A stretch of 63,893 nt of DNA, filler included, from Choristocarpus tenellus KU-1152 (lineage: Eukaryota > Protista > Phaeophyceae), in the NCBI GenBank assembly GCA_964200185.2. It is 10 parts of 10 records of this genome, joined end to end, with 100 filler letters (N's around TTAATTAATTAA, not from the genome) between each part and the next. Parts side by side here need not be neighbours in the genome. Positions count along the whole stretch, not along the records: positions 26,237 to 31,169 come from CAXNAD020012480.1; positions 31,270 to 51,477 come from CAXNAD020000413.1; 8 more parts are not named here. One strand, written 5' to 3'. The notes under the pieces are model-generated. The model was not told the DNA's origin. It worked only from the letters and a program-made list of their open reading frames with translations, and made no database searches. A program made the translations under genes and the position numbers. Below, piece by piece: positions 27,694-39,450 of this stretch. Within the stretch, counting starts at the first letter, position 1. Every line of letters begins with the position of its first letter.

Positions 27694-30600
27694 ATTGAAA
27701 GTATATTATGCATCTTTTTCTGTGTTTATATTTTCTACTTGTAAAATTTATTCTCTATTGTGCGTCTTAGATTTTTTACTTTCTTTTCTTTTTCCTATGT
27801 TTTATTTTTATTTTCATTCCTTTCTTTTTTATTGTTTTTAACCTTTCTGAACATGGTTAAAGGCATTATATTACTACTAATAATGCCAATGGTTAAAGGC
27901 ATTACATTACTAAAAATAATGCCAATAGCATGTAACAGTATTAAATACTTCGAATGGTAAAGTAGATAGAGATGTTAGGTTGATTTTTTTATTATTATTT
28001 TTATATACTTTTGTGTCGAAATTGTTCTGTTGTGCATATTTTAAGATATTTTTTTGAGGACTTGGCATTTTGAGGACTTGTCTGGTTTTTTTTGTACCGG
28101 ACCAGGCTGGTAGTCAGGCAGACAGACAGACCCCTCTTTTCAAATAAAATTATTTCAAATACACTAGAGGTACTGCCTGCTTAACGGAGAAAAACTCTAA
28201 GAGTGATAATCACACAAATGTTGGTTGATGGTGTGAAGTTATCCATTCGAGCAAGATGTGATATGTCATTCATTTCACCTCTGTCATATCAAAAGCATTT
28301 TTCTATCAGTAACAATGTTGTGACTCAAAGTATCTGGGGGAGGGGGGGGTCTACACCAGGGGTGTTCATTTGGACCCTAACCAGAAAAAGTGCTCTGACA
28401 TTATCCATCCAACACATGCAACCAAATCACACAAAAATCGCGACATGGAAAAAATTGGCCCCAAATGGACAGCCGCCACCCCCACCCCCAGATACTTAGA
28501 GCCTGTGCTATACTAGAACAGTTCTTAGTTTACCAACCAATTAAGACAGTTGTACTCTGACTTTACGCATTACTTTCTATTCAGATATAATGATGTATGT
28601 AGTTGTCCTGTTGCAAGTTAGATTCCATTTGTGGTTACCTCCTCAATGCCATCGTGCACTTAACTTCTTTTGTGAGGTGGGAGAACACTTTCATTAACTT
28701 TTCTACAAGTTTTGAACAATTTCGTTAACTTTTCTACAAGTTTTGAACAATTTCATTAACTTTTCTACAAATTTTGATCGATTTTTTTTACGCATACTGA
28801 GCATTATTTTCTTGTCCTCTAAGCTTGTCCATAAGCTCAACCCTAATCAATGCTGTTTGGTATGCTGAAGGGGGGGAGGGGGTTAGACAATAGAGTGTCA
28901 TTGACATATTAGTATTCCTTTAGTCAGGATCACGCATACACACACATACACACACACACACACCCCACACACCACCATTTCTCCTCTCTTCCCTCCTCTC
29001 TTCCCTCCTCAATCTTTGCATCTTACCCTTGCTCCCTGGCGTCCCCAAACACCGCTGATTCTTAGTCCAACTCATTTTTCAATCCTATTTGATCTTTGAT
29101 TGTTATTATTATTGTTATTATTATTGTTGGTAGGATGGAGTCAGCTCTCTCGTGTTGCATGAGGGGGAATGGCCTGGTGAACTTCAGGGACCACGGGCAG
29201 AGGCAGGAAGGAGGGGGTCTGGGGTAGGGGAGGAGGCATCGAGGGTACTTGCTACAGGGTCCTGGGATGCAGCAGTGAAGGTGTTTTATCAGTACTTGTT
29301 TGTCTCCCGATGTCCTACACCACGTGCTATTATTTTTATTTATTGTAAGGGGTGAAAAGTATTGTATATTTTGTTGTCCTCAACAATATTGTAATAATAA
29401 TAATAGTTTTTTTTTTTTTTTTTCAAGGACCAAGAAGAGAGATTCCATGCAGAGGTTTCTCGTGGAGACTTTCCACGCAGGGATTTTTTTTTTTTTCTTT
29501 TGATGATGTAACAGATGCAGAAAGGCATTCTGTAGCAAGCACTTGTTTTGCCTGGCCTTGCTTCTCTTTGTTCTCACAAAAACACCTGTTAAACGGGTGT
29601 GGGCTGGACACTTGCTTGACTATTTGCGATTTGAAGGTGTGGGAGATAAGTCCTGGAGGCACGATCTTGCCCACCCCCCTCCTAGAGCTGTTTGACCTGG
29701 AAACCCAGGTGCAGGCGGTGGCAGTGAATGAGGGGGGTGGGATGGTGGTGGGGGCTGCCGAGGACGGTATGGTTGCTGTGTGGGATGCTTGTGTTGGCAC
29801 GCTACTTTCAACGTGAGTAGGTTGAGAACCACTTTTTTTTTTTTGTCTGGACACTCTCTTTCTGTGCGGCATAGTGCTTGTTGTGTGATTGTGCACTTTG
29901 GTACGCTGCTGCAGTCTATAAAAAACAAGTGTTAATGTGTTGATGGTCTTCACCTCTTGGTTGCATGATTGTGTTGCATTCTTACCTGTATGTGCATGTG
30001 CACAGGGGATGGGACTGCGGGGGCGATGGCAAGGGTACGTATTCGTGAGGTTGAAGGGTAAGGGATATAGAAGGGTGAATGTGCTGTCCTTTTTGCTGAA
30101 TGCAGGTCTCATGATTTTTCTATTGATTGAAATGTTAATGTTCATTTTATTGGTGTGTATGTTGCTGTTCATAAAATGTCTCGTAACCCTCGATCTCACC
30201 AGTCTGTTCATAAAGTGTTTGTGGTTATTATTTATTAATGCTATCAGTGCTGTTGCTGTGTGCATGTGTTTGGCTTTCGTTGTGGTGCAGCACAGGTGCC
30301 CTTGCATGCATACTGTTTTTGTTCTAATGGGGTCTGCGTTGCATGTAGATGTGTTTGACCAACCTTGACCCAAGTGCGCACTCTAGTGCATCCCAGACAC
30401 TGTTTTTTTGGATGTATGATCTTGGTCACATTTGATGCATGATGGCATGCCACATATGTACATATACATACAGACACATGCAGCATGGACAGAGCCTAGA
30501 GTACGTGGCCTACATACAGGCATCTCACACACGTGATTAGAGGTGATAAATAGAACGAATGTCAGCCTAGCCCTAACCCTAACATTTTGTAGTACAAACA

Positions 30601-31026
30601 TAACGTAGTCTATATATATATATATATTATTATTATTATTATTATTAGAGCATCTTACGTTGTGTTATGTGACATGGCAAGCATTGAAGACAAGATTAAC
30701 CTAACCTATTGACAGATTCAAAAGGCAACGTTGTGTGATGGCACGTAATAAAATTCAAGAACAGCAGCACTGCATCACCCATACACACATAAGTACTCTC
30801 TTGTCCTATCTCTCACGTCTGTTGTGTGGGGATGCAGCTTCAATGCCTCTTCAACCCGAACTCCTGTGGTCTCGGTGAAGTGGGGTGCCTGTCCGGCCCC
30901 CCTCCCCGGAAAGGGTCATGGGAGGGACAGGGTTTTTTCTGCAGGAGATGCGTGTTTGATAACAGCCTCGGCAAGTGGTCATCTGCAACGGTTCTCTCAT
31001 TCAGGGGTTCTGCTGGGATCATTGAG
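27571..31026 (+). CDS. WD40-repeat region of a FAN/NSMAF-like (BEACH-WD40) protein; internal exons only
   Basis: Exons 27571-27647 (CWDNSVLTYSVEGACILSTLHGAHE), 29134-29280 (DGVSSL..LATGSWDAAVK), 29637-29812 (VWEISP..LLELFDLETQVQAVAVNEGGGMVVGAAEDGMVAVWD..), 30838-31026. All junctions are AG/GT and phase-consistent. The WD repeats parallel human FAN (SWDNNVYFYS..GHDDAVS..SASWDSTVKVW). The BEACH domain is not in this contig. Confidence 0.8.
28322..28503. mobile_element. MITE family A, full copy (intronic)
   Basis: GACTCAAAGTATCTGGGGG...CCCCAGATACTTAGAGCC; TSD TGT/TGT. Confidence 0.9.
28689..28776. repeat. 31-bp tandem repeat, ~3 copies
   Basis: TTTCRTTAACTTTTCTACAAGTTTTGAACAA. Confidence 0.8.
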
Positions 31027-31290
31027 GTACGGGCATTAGACCTGGATCAATCACTTCTTTCTTTGAACTGCATCTTACCTCTGGAGTAGCTGTGTCTATA
31101 TGTGCGTGCGTGTGTGTGTGTGTGTGTGTTTTACACTTTATGTGTAAAGGGGTTGGGGGTTGGGGGGTGNNNNNNNNNNNNNNNNNNNNNNNNNNNNNNN
31201 NNNNNNNNNNNNNTTAATTAATTAANNNNNNNNNNNNNNNNNNNNNNNNNNNNNNNNNNNNNNNNNNNNCCCCCCCAGATAATTTGACCC

Positions 31291-31444
31291 TATCCTTGTT
31301 CCGGACACACCTTTTCATAACATATACATTTTACCTACTCCTACATATTTTGAAGTAGGAAAATGTCATAAAAACCCCAAGGAAATCCAAGCCCCTAAAT
31401 GGACAAACAGGGCAAAACTTGTACCCTCTAAGAAACTTTCACTC
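31291..31444. mobile_element. MITE family B, partial copy interrupted by a family A end (31270-31290)
   Basis: TATCCTTGTTCCGGACACACC...GGACAAACAGGGCAAAACTTGTACCCTCTAAGAAACTTTCACTC. Confidence 0.8.
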
Positions 31445-31661
31445 CCTGTCCACACATCAGTTCTATTCTAAGTCACCTGCAAAGATTCTTTTACTGGGGG
31501 GTCTTCTCTGCTCTGCCAACAGCTGCCCCCTTACTCCCCGTCAGCCCTGCTCCGGGTAACACTCTCATTTTTTATTATTCCTGTATCCGCTGCTACTCTA
31601 GGACATGTGCACGACTGCGCCTACCTCTACCGCCTCTTAGCCTAGACAGCTAACTGTATTA

Positions 31662-31842
31662 GGCTCAAAGTATCTGGGGGGGGGGATGGCGACTGTCCAT
31701 TTGGGGTCAAGTTTTCATGTCGTGATTTTTGGGTGATTTACTTGCATTCGTCTGATGGATAATGTAAATACACTTTTCCTGATTTTGGTCCAAAATGGGC
31801 ACCCTGGTGTAGACTCCCCCCTCCCCGCAGATACTTTGGGTC
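31662..31842. mobile_element. MITE family A, full copy
   Basis: GGCTCAAAGTATCTGGGGG...CAGATACTTTGGGTC; flanks TTA/TCA. Confidence 0.9.
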
Positions 31843-31951
31843 TCAATAGCACAGTAGCCATGTAGTTCACCAATTGCTTCATCACTTTCTTTCCTGCTTC
31901 TTGGCCCATGCCATCTATTCGAATGCTCCCTTGTCTTCTGGAATTTCTCAC

Positions 31952-33687
31952 CTGTCATGAAGTTCTACTTGTAGCATGGTAGTCTCCACCCACTCTTCCA
32001 CCCAGTGCCTGTCCATTTGCCCCAATAGAAAGGCAGATGTGTGCCTGAACGATGCACTCTTGCTGTGCACCTGTCCTCCAGTCCACAGTACTCGGGAGTG
32101 AAGCCCCCCCCCCCTGCCTCCTGCCCTATCACCATCCTCAAGATCTTCTCTGATACATTTGTCTCCTGCTGCTGCTACCGTGTTCCCATAGAATGGACGG
32201 CATACAACATAGACTGGCTTGCAATGACGCTGGAGCAAGGAGAATGGAGTTGGTTTCACATTCTTTTGCATGCTAGGTGATGAAACCCTTACCCCTGGAA
32301 GCCCTGTCACAGCTCTAATAGAAATGGCGAGGGGGTTGAGCTCCTGTAAAATCCCTTGGGAAAACAGAGGCCTCTGACCCTGTCTGCCTTCACCCATATC
32401 TGTACCTTTGGTCACCTCAGGCGAACTGAAGATATCTCCTGTCGCGGGTACAGGCGCTCCCCTACTACTTCCTCTACTACTTCCTCTACTACTTCCTCTG
32501 TTCTCTGATAGAGAAACAGAGATGCGAAGGTATCGAAACCCGATTGGGGGAGGAGGTGCTCCCGTGAAGGGGTTGGTTCTGAGATGTTTTTCTGCTGGCA
32601 AACTACTTGCCCTGGCAAGGTCTTCGTCATTGATCCCCAAGTTGCCAAGTGTAATTGTCACATCCTCTTCACCGGCGAGAAATGCGCTGAGGTCAAGGGA
32701 CCATGAAGCAATAAAATTTCGACCTGGTGGACCGGATGCACCAGTAGTAGAAAATGTTGCTGCTTGTACAGGGGTCACTCCATCACCAAGATTCCTCCCT
32801 GGACCCGGGGACTGGGCTGTAGCATCGCATTCCGATCGGTCGGCCAGGGTAAAAGATATCAAGGGACTGCGGTCGAGATTAAGAGCCACCTGTAGCAAGG
32901 GTCAAAACTTCACACTTACTCTTCTGATAGCTTCGTGCGTAGGGAGATGTTGGGAGTAGGAGTTTGGGACTAGGAGCTGGGGGAGAAAGATACTGGGTAG
33001 GGGGTGAAATCATGGAGTGATGGTTTGGCCATCTCAACTCTGACCACATACTTGTATGCATAGCCTTGGCTGGGGTGTTATTTTTGTCTCCACTCGCTCG
33101 AAAGCAACCTGTAGGACGACTGAGGTGTCATGTTTGTCTGGAACAGTGATGCCGAGAGGTGATAGGCGAAAGAATTCTTCCCAGCGCTTCAGGTGGGAGC
33201 ACCGCTGAAATCGATTCAGTCCAACTCCTTCTCTCACCTCTTTTTCTCCCCCTCCCTTCAGCTGATGTCTCCTCCTGTAGCACCATACCACTGTTTTCAA
33301 TACCCCCATATCTGCATCTTCCTCTACGTTTTCCTCGCCTGTTCCCTTTTCCTCATCCGCTGCTTTTCTCGCATTCTCCAAGCCCTTGATATCCCTCCTT
33401 TCCCAGGATGTCCCGTTCATACCCACGACAGGAGTGGTGATCCGGTCCCCATTTACGAACGTGTACCTGATCGTTGGCTCCACCAGGAGTGGCCGTACCT
33501 CACCTTCAACCGCATTCCCTTCATCTGATTCGCCCTTTGTCAACGGGGCATCATCTATCAGGCAGGCCTCTATTCCAACAACCAGGCAAAAGGGGGCATT
33601 GGCGGCAGGTTCGGGGGGTTCACTCGAAGTCTTTTCCACAGCATCCGCCTTGCTGTCCTTGGCTTTCTTTTCCTTCTTGGGTGGCAT
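31952..33687 (-). CDS. CFAP92/KIAA1257 (DUF4550)-like flagellar protein, first two exons (3' part not seen)
   Basis: Exon 1 33687-33238 (MPPKKEKKAK..GGGEKE|GTGAGA, phase 0). Exon 2 32889-31952 (ctacag|VALNLDRSP..HDR, AG|GTGAG). Motifs LDLSAFLAG, QELNPLAISIRAVTGLP, LQRHCKPVY, FRHTSAFLLG, LQVELHDR match my recollection of CFAP92 (KKLNPLTI..LERLCMPVY..VVEVHDRD). Confidence 0.7.
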
Positions 33688-34348
33688 TCTATTAATATAC
33701 TAAAACTGGAGGAAGAGATATGTGTGTGTGATACATGGAATCAAACATTTGGGTACATATGTTGCTGCATCTAGTAGGCACCCACTCTCCGCGCAATTTC
33801 TAAAAGTGAGGAGGGCAAATATATCATCACACCTTGAGCATACATCATTGAGGTCTACGCTCTGGGGCTCTACTATTATTGTACGTAGAGTGTGTATCGT
33901 CCATTATTTTGCGTTGTGGTGTTTGTGTGAACGGTTTCATACTTGAACAATATTGGGAGGCAGTTCTATTCATCCTCACATAATTAAAATGATAACTGAT
34001 CTACTCGTGTTATTTGTATTATTCCATTTATATTGTCTTTCAACTTGGGTCTCTATCATTGATCATGCTCCACAACCCCAACTCATGAGAGGACAGAGGT
34101 GGGGGAAAAGTGAGTCTCCTAAGTTATTTTTTGAATAGGATCATGTATCCTTGCGTACAAAACTACAGCAAGTAGGGGTAGTTCGCGGTAAAAATACTGG
34201 TAGAGGCACCTTTATTTGAGTTTTGACTTCATATCTTGACCTCCATAAAGACCTGATGGGATCTATCTAGCCCTGGACAATCCCACAAACCTACAGACAT
34301 TTGCTCTTCTTCTTTTACTCAGCATTATACTTTTCCGGAGCACCCAGT
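33688..34348. promoter_or_regulatory. Probable bidirectional promoter/5'UTR region
   Basis: ~660 bp between the divergent start codons of the CFAP92-like and RING-H2 genes, within one contig. Positional inference only. Confidence 0.45.
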
Positions 34349-37300
34349 ATGCCGAGTGCGGAGAAAGAGGGAAGTCATCACCCCTGGAATGGTAGAGAAA
34401 CACCCGACCAGGCAAACCCAGATTCTACCGGGGCATGTTCAGGAGAGGGGAATGGAGAGCGGATCGAACATCAAGAAATAAATGGGGTACCTGATACTGG
34501 GCATGCCCCCCACACTGAAAATGCAATGGCTGGAGACATGTGGGATGTTCAGAGTCAAACGGAGGACAGTGGACGGCACACCGAGTCGAGTGGAATGCGA
34601 GATACAGGGGTGAAGGTGGAGATCCCAAAGTTTCAGGTGCATGTTGAAGGTGAGATGCAAGTGAACATCGAAGGAGAGAGGCCACCCCCTCATGGGACTT
34701 CTCATTGTAAGTGCAAAGATATCTTGTTGTAGGGAGGTGAGGTTTATTGCTACATGTAACTCAAGGCGACGGAGGTGTGCGTGCGTTGGGGTTCGTTTAT
34801 GAGATCTAGCCTTTTCTTTGTGAGAGATCTATTGCATGGCCTGATCGCTCATAAGCAGGTGGAAATTATTCAAGGAGTTGCGATATGATGGCATATGAAG
34901 TTGGAATAATGGCGGGCAAGAATGGTTGGAGGATCCACCTCTATATTTTTTTCGCTGGTACAATTTTGTTTTGCTATCAAGTAGTTGACGCTCATCCACC
35001 GCCACTCCCTTTCCCATCTCATATCCTCTCCTCATGTAGTTGGTTGGTGGGGAGAATGCCTGAAGGTGGTATGACTGCCCCAAACTGATCGCTTGGTTGG
35101 TCTTGCGATACAGGTAGTGTGCACAGTCCTGAACTAGACACAACATCAGTGGAGATATTGCTATGGCATATTGATCAGGACAGCCCTACTCACCCATATC
35201 AAATATCTCATAACCCCAAAACAACTTTCGCCTAGGTAATGCATTGCCGCGGTTGAAGACTGATTTACGACAGTACACAATGAAGATGTAACCTCCGACC
35301 CCTTTATATGCTTTCAGTGTCAATGGATCCAGGAAAGGGCAGTGCTTTGGAAGGCAACTCACAATTGTCAGATCCTCAAGATTTGCAGATGGACCCAGCA
35401 GCACTCATTGCAGCAGCTTCAACGCCTATGCCAGGAGATGAACTCAAGAATGTTCAACCCCCCCCTTCCCCAACACTCCCAGCGCCTCTGCCAGAGGATC
35501 TGCATGTAGGCACTAATCCCCGAGTAGCTTTCCGCAGTCAAAGTATTTGGGACAGGCTGGCTCGACCACGGGTCTCACGTGCCCCACCTGAGATAATGGA
35601 GCGCTTAAGGCAGAAAATTGTGGAGAATGCCTGCGGGATAGTGAATCCTCACACAAAACACCGTGGTGGTACCCATGTAATCTACCCTGGGAGACCGCCA
35701 CTTACGCAGGGGGGTGGCAGGGGCAGAGGGATTGGCCCTCGTGATGCTCACTACCGCCAAGACCTCGCTCCAAATGGTGCTGCTGCTGTCACTGCAAGAC
35801 TGCGATTTGTGGCTGCACGTAAAGTAGCAGTCCATGGTTCCCGCCGATGTAGCAGTCCCACCTTCCCAGGTGCAGGCAAGCGGTCAAAGTCTGTTCCAGG
35901 GGGCCGAGAAGGGCGTGGAGCTGGTCGGATGGGAAGAGGTTACTCTTGCACTCGCAAGGGTTCCCTGGTAGGTCGAGGCGGAAGTGTGTTAACCAACAGG
36001 GCCATACGTGAGCCGACAGGCAGGGGCAGTGGTGGTGCAACAGGTGGTGCTGATGATGGGGCAGGTGAAGAGGGTGAAAATGTCATGAATATACTTGCAG
36101 ATGTTGTTTCATCAGTTGAAGACCATGTGATCAGGGCCACTGCAAGTCTTGATCTTATAAATGGCATAATGGCGACCTCCTCTGGTGAAGCCTTGAGTAT
36201 GCCTCATCCGTCCGCAAATTTTGTGGCACAGAGGATTCATCAAGCAGTGTCACCTGCAGAGGCACCTCCACAAGCCAGTCTCTCCACTGATGCGGAAGCT
36301 CATGAGAAAACCCTTGAGTCTGTGATTGGACTTACTCACCCTAATACCATGAGCTCAGCAAATCCATCTGGAGTAGCCTCCATTATCTCCGCTGGCACCT
36401 CTGCTACAGTGGTGTCCAGAGAGGACCCAGATGTGGACTCGGTGGTGGTGCCTGTGCAGGTAGTAGACTCTAACATGGCAGTGGTAGCATCAAGTGCTGA
36501 AGTATCAACAGCAGGAGACTGTATGATAAGGGCTCCAGTGCAAGGACCTGAAGGATCCATGGGTGTTATTGGGTTGACCACACCTCATGCACATGAGGCA
36601 CCAACATTAAATCCTATCGTGTCAGCAGGTCAAAGGCTGCAGGAAATAGGGGCTGAGGTGGTGGCATCTACCAGACAGGGTGAAGAAGCGTACTTGGAAG
36701 CTCAGGTAGGGTTGAAGAGTGGCCAAACCAGGGTATCTGTAAGGGATCAATGGGAAGAGGTGTCGCCAAGGGACCAGGTTTGTGAAGGTAGATTGCCTGT
36801 CAACCAGGTGCCAGGTGATAGGATAATGGAGGCAGGGGCTGCTGTGATAGAAGGCGCATCTGCAGGATCCTTGCTTTTTGAACGTACAAATGTGTCTGTT
36901 GTTCCTGGCGTGGATGATGTGGTAGGTGAGGTTCAACCTCAGAGGGAATTGGAGTCACATGTAGAAGTGGGGCGGAGACAAGATGTGACCCTTGCTCAGA
37001 CCCCTTCCTGTACTCAGGAAGAGCATGCCACTGATGAAGCAGTTGGAACTGAATCAGGGGTGCAGTCTGGGGTACAAGTTGAGGGGGTGGTTGAGGTTGA
37101 ACCTACAGATTCCACCATTATTGAGTCTGGGACCCAGGCAGATGTTGAAGATGGGAATGGGGTTGGACTGGGGGTACAATCTGGGACCGGCTCTCAGTCC
37201 AGTGGGCACAGCAGGATGGATTCAAATATGGTAAGACTTTCGTTAGTGACAGAGGAGCCATCACAAGTTGCCAGAGACACCAGGGAGAGTTTAGCACAAA

Positions 37301-39450
37301 GTGTCCCTGTGACTGGGCTCAATGAGAATGAGAGGATATCTGATGCCAGATCTAGGCTTAATAGTCTTCGGACAAGACTTGCATCGCGGAGGATCCCTGA
37401 GACTAGAACAAGAGTAAGAGCAGCTGATATTGAATCAAATCTTGAGAGACTCGGGATGAGATTTGACAGGATTAGTGCAAGAACAGCAGCTTTAATGGCA
37501 GATGATGATCCAGGCCCTGCTCCTATTGGATCTGAGACGAGGCGTGCAAGGAGGGCGGCTAGGATAAGTATGACTGGTGGTACCAACCCTGTGGTTCAGT
37601 CTGGTAGTGCAGAATCTGCGGTTTTGCCTGCCAGGACCACATCAGAGGCTGTACCCTCCATGAGTAGCAATGCTTTGGCTAGGGTTGCAGCAGGAACTGA
37701 TGCAAGCCATTCTCAGCAACAACGCACCTCAAGGAGATCTGTGACAACGAGACAGGAATCTGCGGCACAGAACAACAATGTGAATCATAGGGCACCAAGG
37801 AGGAGATCTATAACAACTGTGTTAGGGAGGTGCAGCATGCAGGGAAGGGAATCCACTGGTTCTTCTACAAGTGGTTCTACTCATATCAGGACCAGCGGAA
37901 TTCATGGCGGGTTGGGTGGCAGGGGTGGTGGTGAGGGTGGTGGTGAAGTTGGTGGGAGTTTGGAAGGTGAAGGCGAGCAGGAAAGAGCCAATCCATCCTT
38001 TCCATTAATGCCTTCTCAATTGCCTTTACCTCCTCCACCTTCACTTACTCAGACAGTTTCACCTCCACTTCCCACATCTCAGGCGGGTTTGATTCTTTCC
38101 CCCCTTGTGGGAAGTGATGCCAGGGTTGAAACTGAAACTGGGCAAGCACACACAACCATCACTGCGGGGCTACATAGTGCGATCAACAGCATAGAAGCGG
38201 AGCGGGAACGCCTGCTCCGTGAAATTGTGCGACTCCGCAACCAACAGGCGGAATCATTGCAGCAGTTGATTGCCCTGCAGCGTGAGCAGGTCCGAGTACG
38301 GCAACGCCAGACACATACCTTGTCCAACATTCTTGAGGGTCTTGTACGAACTGTTGCATCAATGGAATCTCTACCGGAGGCTGCACTTAACCACCTAACC
38401 ACTGCCAATCTGAGCACACATCGTCGACTTCTGCTGCTCGTGTCTACCCTGCACTTTCCCCCAGTGGAAGACCACGCAGAGACTGGGGGAGAGGCAGGCG
38501 CCACCACCTCTTCATTGATTGAAAACAGTGCTTCCTCATCACGCCCCCGAGAGTTGGAGGAGCTTGAGAGGGGAGTTGTGTCTGCTATAGTTTCCTCTAG
38601 TGACCTCCTTAACAGTGTTGCACCTAGTACATCCTCCACAGCGCCCAGTGGTGCTTCCTTCCCGGGCAGTGATACGTATTCATTTGCGAATGCCTTTCAT
38701 GCTCTTTCCGGTCAGTCTCTTGACAGTACCATTAGGTATCTCATCGAGGCTCGAGAATCGACTCGTTTATCAGATGGTGGGAACGAGGATATCTTCTCGC
38801 TGACTGAGCAGCGCCATTATGCCACCAGCAGTGTGTTGGGTGAAGGGGGCACCGTGTTGACTGATCAGCAGTGGGTGGACTTCCTGCTGGCAGATGCTCA
38901 AGTAACACGCAGTGAGGACGTCCAACGAAGGCGGGATGATATTCGAAGATTTGCTCAGAGGACAGTTGCTAATGAAGCTGCTGTCGCTGCAGCTCTTGCT
39001 TCATTCCAGGACGGTATTGATGGTGCTGGAGGAGCATCCTCACGCTCAGGGGGCTGCAGTATGGCAACTATTGCATCACTTCGCCGGGCTACTTACCAGC
39101 CTGGTACTGCAGGTGGTTCTGTTGACAGCACCCATGAGTGTGTGATATGCCTCTCAGAGTTTGCTGTTGGAGACATGCTGTGCTACCTGCCCTGCTCCCA
39201 TGTTTTCCACCAGAGCTGTGTGGGAACATGGCTGGCAAACCACAGGTCATGCCCTACATGTCGTAGTAGGATCCCGGATGTAGGTTCAAGGACCCGGGTC
39301 AGGGGGCGGGGGGTGACCGATAGTGGGCGTGGGACTAGGATTAGGGCCAACATAAGAGGGACTCGTGGATCAAGAGCAGGACCAGTGGTAGCCACTGGAT
39401 CTGAGGTGGGGAGTGAAGGTGCTGGTGCTGGTGCAGAAGCAAGTGTATGA
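34349..39450 (+). CDS. Large RING-H2 zinc-finger E3 ubiquitin ligase (~1500 aa, mostly disordered, coiled coil, C-terminal RING)
   Basis: Exon 1 34349-34706 (MPSAEKEG.., donor T|GTAAGT, phase 1) joins exon 2 35318-39450 (acceptor ctttcag|TG, phase 1), which lies inside the 1380-aa ORF. RING-H2: CVICLSEFAVGDMLCYLPCSHVFHQSCVGTWLANHRSCPTC. Coiled coil: IEAERERLLREIVRLRNQQAESLQQLIALQREQ. Confidence 0.9.

Noticed and set aside
29423-30373. 316-aa minus-strand ORF and overlapping hydrophobic 143-aa plus ORF
   Set aside because: Antisense to a WD40 exon and its GT-rich intron; low-complexity composition with no recognisable motifs.
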